Of a DNA stretch of 20,000 nucleotides, positions 15,453-20,000 are shown piece after piece; position 1 is the first letter of the stretch, and every line of letters starts with the position of its first letter. The position numbers and the translations under genes are program-made. A model generated the notes under the pieces. That model did not search any database. It was not told where the DNA came from and saw only the letters and a program-made list of their open reading frames with translations. Location: the IMG/VR virus record IMGVR_UViG_3300002098_000029, positions 56,642-76,641 of that record. One strand, given 5' to 3'. The stretch comes from an uncultured virus (IMG/VR IMGVR_UViG_3300002098_000029) (taxonomy: Duplodnaviria; Heunggongvirae; Uroviricota; Caudoviricetes).

Positions 15453-17585
15453 ATGGAACTCATACAATCTAAATCACTACTTGCCAAACTTATGGCTACT
15501 GAAAACTTGACTGTTGAACAACGCAAAGTTCAAACGGCCAGCTTTGATGTGCAGAATCGTATTCTAACTTTACCTATTCTTGATGCAAAGATTTCTCCAT
15601 TCCTTTATGACCTTTTCTTAGGTCATGAAGTTGGCCACGCATTGAATACTCCTTTGGAAGGATTGGTAAAAGCCAAAGAAGAAAAGATTTCCCGTTCCGT
15701 AATTAATGTCGTGGAAGATTCCCGCATTGAACGCAAAATCAAAAACAAATATCCTGGAATTCGTATTTCCTTTGTCAAAGGTTATCGTGAACTAATTGAA
15801 AAAGATTTCTTTGGTACGGCTGGTGCTGACCTTAACGATTTCAATTTTATTGATCGTGCTAATCTTTATACAAAAGGCGGTGCAGCACAAGGTATTCAAT
15901 TTAATGAATTTGAAAAAGTATTAATTAACAAAATTGAAACTACGGAATCTTTCGATGATGTGTTGCGTGTTTCTAAAGAAGTAATGGAATATCTGAAAGA
16001 AGAAGCAGAAACCGAAAAGAAACTTAAACTCTCCTTAGAAGTAGAAGAAGATGATGATGGTGATTATGAAGAAATCGATTCTGATGGTTATGATGATTCA
16101 GATGAAATGGATGATGAAACTGAAACCCGTAAATCTAAAGGTGCTGATGAATCGGAACATAAAAATGATTCTGATAAAGAATCTGGTGATGAATCGGGTG
16201 GTGGATCCGATCCCGAAGGTGAAGATGATACACAAATTAAATCACATACCGATGAAGCGTACCGTAAAAATGAAAGTAAACTGTTCGATGTAGGAACTAG
16301 TGCATATTATTATGGTAACATTCCTGATGTGAATTTGGAAAAAGCGATTGTATCCCATAAGAAATTGTGGTCCGATTATCGTAAAGAATGTGCAGAATTT
16401 CAAGAAAGAAATAATTATTATGATCTCAAAAATGGAATTGATACGGAGAAATTCCTAAAGATTCGTAATGATGCTAAAAAAGTTGTTGGTTATTTGGCCA
16501 AAGAATTTGAGTTGCGTAAAAATGCCGAACAATTAAAACGATCATCTATTGCTAAAACCGGTGAATTGAATATGTCTAAGATTTATTCATATGGATTTGC
16601 CGAAGATATTTTCAAAAAGATTACTATATTACCTGGTGGTAAATCACATGGTTTAGTAATGTTCTTGGATTGGTCTGGTAGTATGTCTGATCATATTGAA
16701 AATACAATGAAGCAGTTGATTAACTTGGTGATGTTTTGTAAGAAGGTAAATATTCCTTATGAAGTATATGCTTTCACTTCTGAATATGGGGATAATTACA
16801 CCAACGAATTTAAAGAAGGTGATATTGTTCTCCGTCATTATAAATTGATGAATTTTCTTTCGAGTAAAATGTCGGCTGTAGAATTTACCTATGCTTGTTC
16901 CGCTTTAGTGAGTATGTGTGTCCATCGTTCATGGAGACCTAATTGGTTACAGAAAGGTGGAACTCCATTAACTGAAGCAATCATTTCGGCTATGACGATT
17001 GTTCCACAATTTCAGAAACAATATAAGTTACAAGTTGTGAATACGGTATTCTTAACTGATGGTGAAGGTCACTCTTTGCGTGAAGTGTTTTATACTATGG
17101 AAGGTGGACATAAAACTTCCGGTACTGGTAAAGAACCATCCGACTATCGTGCAATTAAGAAATTTGTGATTCGTGATCCTAAAAACAAAAATGAAATTGT
17201 TGTGGATAATCCGCAAGGCCGTGATTTAGCAGCTGCTTATATTAAGATATTGAAGATGCGTACTAATTCGAATATTGTTGGTTTCTATGTTTTGACTGGT
17301 CGTGAATTGGGTCGTGAATTATTCCATTTCTTACCAAGAGCGATTACTAACTACGATAAGTATAAGTCTGAGTTTCGTAAAAACAAATCCATGATTGTTA
17401 CCTCAGCTGGATATGATGAGTATTATTTACTCCGTGCAGAAGGCCTAGATACTGATGAAGATGTAGGTTTTGAAGTAAAAGAAAATGCGACTACCCGTGG
17501 ACTCGTTACTGCTTTTAGTAAGTATGCTGGTAATCGTTTGAATAACCGTGTAGTACTTAACCGTTTTGTAGGAATGATAACATGA
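15453..17585 (+). CDS. CobT-like 'peptidase': N-terminal HExxH domain, acidic linker and C-terminal VWA domain
   Basis: LAKLMATENL, HEVGHAL.TP, NVVED.RIE, a D/E-rich linker, MIDAS DWSGSM, GGTPL and LTDGEG. The GGAG SD favours ATG 15453 over 15441. Confidence 0.85.
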   Translation: MELIQSKSLLAKLMATENLTVEQRKVQTASFDVQNRILTLPILDAKISPFLYDLFLGHEVGHALNTPLEGLVKAKEEKISRSVINVVEDSRIERKIKNKYPGIRISFVKGYRELIEKDFFGTAGADLNDFNFIDRANLYTKGGAAQGIQFNEFEKVLINKIETTESFDDVLRVSKEVMEYLKEEAETEKKLKLSLEVEEDDDGDYEEIDSDGYDDSDEMDDETETRKSKGADESEHKNDSDKESGDESGGGSDPEGEDDTQIKSHTDEAYRKNESKLFDVGTSAYYYGNIPDVNLEKAIVSHKKLWSDYRKECAEFQERNNYYDLKNGIDTEKFLKIRNDAKKVVGYLAKEFELRKNAEQLKRSSIAKTGELNMSKIYSYGFAEDIFKKITILPGGKSHGLVMFLDWSGSMSDHIENTMKQLINLVMFCKKVNIPYEVYAFTSEYGDNYTNEFKEGDIVLRHYKLMNFLSSKMSAVEFTYACSALVSMCVHRSWRPNWLQKGGTPLTEAIISAMTIVPQFQKQYKLQVVNTVFLTDGEGHSLREVFYTMEGGHKTSGTGKEPSDYRAIKKFVIRDPKNKNEIVVDNPQGRDLAAAYIKILKMRTNSNIVGFYVLTGRELGRELFHFLPRAITNYDKYKSEFRKNKSMIVTSAGYDEYYLLRAEGLDTDEDVGFEVKENATTRGLVTAFSKYAGNRLNNRVVLNRFVGMIT

Positions 17586-17791
17586 AAGACATAGCAACTT
17601 TTGTTGGTGAAGCTGGTAAAATTATGGCCGTAATTTATGAAGGTGATGGATTCTGGAAAGTAAATTATGGTACATCAGATAATCCATCCTCTTTTAGTAA
17701 AGTGTTTATGACCGAAGATGAAGCTACCACCTTTGCTTCGGAGTATACTAATAAAGGCCTTAAGCCATCATTCCTAAGTAGATATTATTAA
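17582..17791 (+). CDS. Hypothetical protein, 69 aa
   Basis: ATGA overlap with the upstream stop and an AGGA SD. Confidence 0.65.
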   Translation: MKDIATFVGEAGKIMAVIYEGDGFWKVNYGTSDNPSSFSKVFMTEDEATTFASEYTNKGLKPSFLSRYY

Positions 17792-17833
17792 ACAATTGAG
17801 AGCTCAGCTGGGATTACCACCTGAAACAACATA

Positions 17834-18049
17834 ATGAACTTGAATTTTTTACCTGCATTTGTAGTCCAGTTCCACCTATTCGATATATCAATCTACCATG
17901 TAAACTTATTTTCGTTTATGTTAGGTATGACTTGGGCATTTTTCAACCAAGGATTATTTGGTAGAAATATTGGTAAGTGGATATTTCTCTATTTTGCCGG
18001 ACTAGCACTCTGGTATTGGGCTCTCTATTATGCCGCAACTCATCCGTAA
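17834..18049 (+). CDS. Small aromatic-rich membrane protein, 71 aa
   Basis: Two to three hydrophobic segments; weak SD. Confidence 0.55.
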   Translation: MNLNFLPAFVVQFHLFDISIYHVNLFSFMLGMTWAFFNQGLFGRNIGKWIFLYFAGLALWYWALYYAATHP

Positions 18050-18260
18050 TACCTTCCTCAACGGGGTTCTATTAATCTCATTAATCCTTTTGGCATACAT
18101 GTTTGCTTGGGATAATGATTACCACGAACTGGTTGACAAAGTAACACCTATCAAGTATAATTGTAATATGTTAATCGGTGGGTGGCATCCCGATGTTCCT
18201 CCACAAGTCCTTCAAGAATGTAGAAAGAAAATGTATGAAACTACAAGCAATCAAAAATAA
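18030..18260 (+). CDS. Small membrane-anchored or exported protein with a Cys pair, 76 aa
   Basis: N-terminal hydrophobic helix followed by YNCNMLIGGWHPDVPPQVLQEC. Confidence 0.6.
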   Translation: MPQLIRNTFLNGVLLISLILLAYMFAWDNDYHELVDKVTPIKYNCNMLIGGWHPDVPPQVLQECRKKMYETTSNQK

Positions 18261-18603
18261 GTTAATCATTAAGTTACTAAAGAATAAAGAATTTACTAAG
18301 GTTGGGATTTTTCTGACTGCGACTGGGAAAGACGCAGTATCGAAAGCGTTGGTTCTAGCAGCAGGACCTGATACGCAAGACGTTCTTGTTGGTCAGACCA
18401 TCCTTCCAGATTGGAATGCAGCTGAGGAAACCAAGTTTGAAAGTGAAACATATTACATTATCTCCGAAGATGATGTTGTTGGTGTATATGATGATGAAGT
18501 CAATGATGAATCCGATTTCGCAACGGAACCAGAAGAAATCTCCGAAACGGAAAAAGAAGCACTCTTGGCTAACAATTTCCGCAGAGGAATAATGAATATC
18601 TAA
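18235..18603 (+). CDS. groES: GroES-like co-chaperonin with an acidic C-terminal extension, 122 aa
   Basis: MKLQAIKNKLIIK, mobile loop TKVGIFL, VLAAGP, V.VGQTIL and YYIISEDDVVGV align with the GroES pattern (MxLxPLxDRVxV, TxGGIxL, VxAVGP, VKVGDxV, YLIxxExDILAV). Confidence 0.8.
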   Translation: MKLQAIKNKLIIKLLKNKEFTKVGIFLTATGKDAVSKALVLAAGPDTQDVLVGQTILPDWNAAEETKFESETYYIISEDDVVGVYDDEVNDESDFATEPEEISETEKEALLANNFRRGIMNI

Positions 18604-18639
18604 TCAACCTCTTGTGATTTTTCCAGCGCTTCCGAGGGG

Positions 18640-18684
18640 CTAGAATAGTATGGTAATCAGATTTATAAAAATCTCTAGTTCCAT
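18640..18684 (-). CDS. Candidate antisense mini-gene encoding the 14-aa hydrophobic peptide MELEIFINLITILF
   Basis: The minus strand reads ATAAATA/ATAAGTA late-promoter-like motifs (18722-18732), then GAGGA-acc-ATG, 14 codons and TAG, within the largest intergenic gap of the region. Confidence 0.45.
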   Translation of the reverse strand: MELEIFINLITILF

Positions 18685-18773
18685 GGTTCCTCAAAGAGTT
18701 AGTGATAAAACCTAGTAGTTATACTTATTTATTATATTTTATGTTGCTTAGCAACAATTTTGGAGAAAAAAAG

Positions 18774-18959
18774 ATGTCTGACCTTAACCTTAATAGAATC
18801 AAATCAAAACTCAAAGAGTATATCGCCTTCTTTCTAGCAGCCTATTGCTGGATCGGAGTCCTACTTGCCTTTGGTTACTCAGAGTCCCTTCCATGGTTTC
18901 TAGCGGCTGTTCCGTGGACCTTTATTTCCCTAGGTTATTTCAATAAAGCCTCAGAATAA
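18774..18959 (+). CDS. Small protein with two membrane segments, 61 aa
   Basis: GGAG SD before ATG 18774; two hydrophobic segments. Confidence 0.65.
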   Translation: MSDLNLNRIKSKLKEYIAFFLAAYCWIGVLLAFGYSESLPWFLAAVPWTFISLGYFNKASE

Positions 18960-18976
18960 TCTCCAAGGAGTATTCT

Positions 18977-19363
18977 ATGACCACATTTACCACAGAGGAC
19001 CGAGAATACTTTGCTCAGAACCCTTGGCCACAACCTTGGGCTTCGCCAAAAGATTATAACCAGACCGAAATACAATTCTTCTTTCCACTAACTGAGCAGA
19101 TTCCGTTGGGACTGGATTATAATGGATGTGAGAAACCGAAATTATCAGTATCAACTATAATCGGTACAGAAAAATATGAATTTTATCCAACCACATCATC
19201 TACCATACAATCAACCGTACTCTCAATTAATCCGACTAATCCAGTAGGACAACTCAGCATTGGTGGAATACAGATTGGAATGGAAGATGAACCAAAGTGG
19301 TATCAGAAGGTACTGTATAAGTTATTAGGATTTAACTGGAAGGACCGGAAAGATTCGAAATGA
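18977..19363 (+). CDS. Hypothetical protein, 128 aa
   Basis: AAGGAG SD; starts MTTFTTEDRE and ends PKWYQKVLYKLLGFNW. Confidence 0.75.
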   Translation: MTTFTTEDREYFAQNPWPQPWASPKDYNQTEIQFFFPLTEQIPLGLDYNGCEKPKLSVSTIIGTEKYEFYPTTSSTIQSTVLSINPTNPVGQLSIGGIQIGMEDEPKWYQKVLYKLLGFNWKDRKDSK

Positions 19364-19491
19364 AGAACTGTAGGCCAAACTCACTATGGATTCGATTGGT
19401 AGAGAAGTATCTTGGTATTCGATTTACTTGTGACCTGCGCTGCCATTCTGGTAACGAGCCTTGCCAGTATACGAAGAAAAACTCGAAATGA
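19360..19491 (+). CDS. Small Cys-rich hypothetical protein, 43 aa (not in the ORF track)
   Basis: ATGA overlaps at both ends (19360-19363 and 19488-19491); MKNCRPNSLWIRLVEKYLGIRFTCDLRCHSGNEPCQYTKKNSK. Confidence 0.6.
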   Translation: MKNCRPNSLWIRLVEKYLGIRFTCDLRCHSGNEPCQYTKKNSK

Positions 19492-19721
19492 AGATGCGTA
19501 CCACACTAACTTTAAAGGAAACTGTAAAGGTTAATGATCTACACAGAGAATTCAAACTCGAAAATCCTTCTATTACCTTTAGAGAGGTTTGTTCCATATT
19601 CTTTAAAGAACGCCACAAGAAAGATATAGAGAAAGCCAAGAAAGAGTATCCTAAGGTCCGAGCCGTAGAAAAAAAATTAAAAAGACGTAAGCCCCTCCAG
19701 GAAAAAAATTCGAATCCTTGA
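19488..19721 (+). CDS. Basic hypothetical protein, 77 aa
   Basis: ATG 19488 is coupled to the upstream stop; Lys/Arg-rich. Confidence 0.6.
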   Translation: MKMRTTLTLKETVKVNDLHREFKLENPSITFREVCSIFFKERHKKDIEKAKKEYPKVRAVEKKLKRRKPLQEKNSNP

Positions 19722-19752
19722 GTTCCGTCCAAATAAAAAATATTGGAAAGAA

Positions 19753-19941
19753 TCAGTTTGACCACCAGCCAGCTTTTTTTATTCCGAGCGCTTCTGTTGC
19801 TCCCATACAACACATCGTACACAATCCACAAGTATACCACGCACCAACCCGCCAATAATACCCAGTAATTCCCTTTATAACCTCAGTGCGCCTCCAATAA
19901 TCCTTTATTACTTTTCTGTCTGGATTTTGTGCGTCCAGCAC
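19753..19941 (-). CDS. Possible hypothetical protein, 62 aa, on the opposite strand
   Basis: The minus strand has GGAG-aaacc-GTG, and the + strand becomes C-rich here. The protein is unusually rich in Trp and Cys, so the call is uncertain. Confidence 0.35.
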   Translation of the reverse strand: MLDAQNPDRKVIKDYWRRTEVIKGITGYYWRVGAWYTCGLCTMCCMGATEALGIKKAGWWSN

Positions 19942-20000
19942 GGTTTCTCCAAAAATAACGCTTTACACCACCACCAATGCCTGTATACTGGTTTTATTGA

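Noticed and set aside
16040..16230. GAT/GAA-rich repetitive DNA
   Set aside because: It is explained by the acidic linker of the HExxH-VWA protein.
2367..18592. Alternative-frame + strand ORFs (2367, 6469, 6682, 9268, 10758, 14643, 16051, 18386)
   Set aside because: They are nested in longer genes with no recognisable motif, unlike the nested lipoprotein at 5482, which was kept.
38..19855. Numerous minus-strand ORFs in the track (e.g. 38..367, 450..962, 3927..4334, 5370..5672, 19424..19855)
   Set aside because: They are antisense shadows of well-supported + strand genes, and their Phe/Ile/Leu/Ser richness mirrors Lys/Glu codons on the coding strand.
1..20000. tRNA genes, CRISPR arrays and stop-codon recoding
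   Set aside because: I saw no cloverleaf or repeat-spacer structure, and known genes are full length under the standard code.

Overview
This window is a gene-dense, AT-rich segment of a large T4-like (myovirus-type) phage genome, with almost all genes on the + strand. From 5' to 3' it contains: (1) a late/virion block of Lys/Glu-rich proteins carrying many [ILMV]-x-E prohead-protease-like sites, a peptide with a T4-type capsid-targeting N-terminus, and a likely structural protein ending at a C(UUCG)G terminator; (2) a compact lysis cassette (GH19 endolysin, i-spanin with an embedded out-of-frame o-spanin lipoprotein, holin-like protein), which implies a Gram-negative host; (3) a replication block (gp61 primase, HNH-AP2 homing endonuclease, class II B12-dependent ribonucleotide reductase, two GIY-YIG nucleases, T4-type RNase H, and a cytidylyltransferase-fold protein lacking its HxGH motif); (4) an early/accessory block with sigma70-type promoters, HExxH and HExxH-VWA proteins, a bacterial-type GroES and many small ORFs. 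Signals not shown by the ORF track include a TGTTG-N8-CAACA palindrome at about -60 of two promoters, an antisense 14-codon hydrophobic mini-gene with its own SD and late-promoter-like motif, duplicated gene ends around the homing endonucleases, and three small ORFs under 60 aa. All family assignments come from motif recognition; no database search was run.
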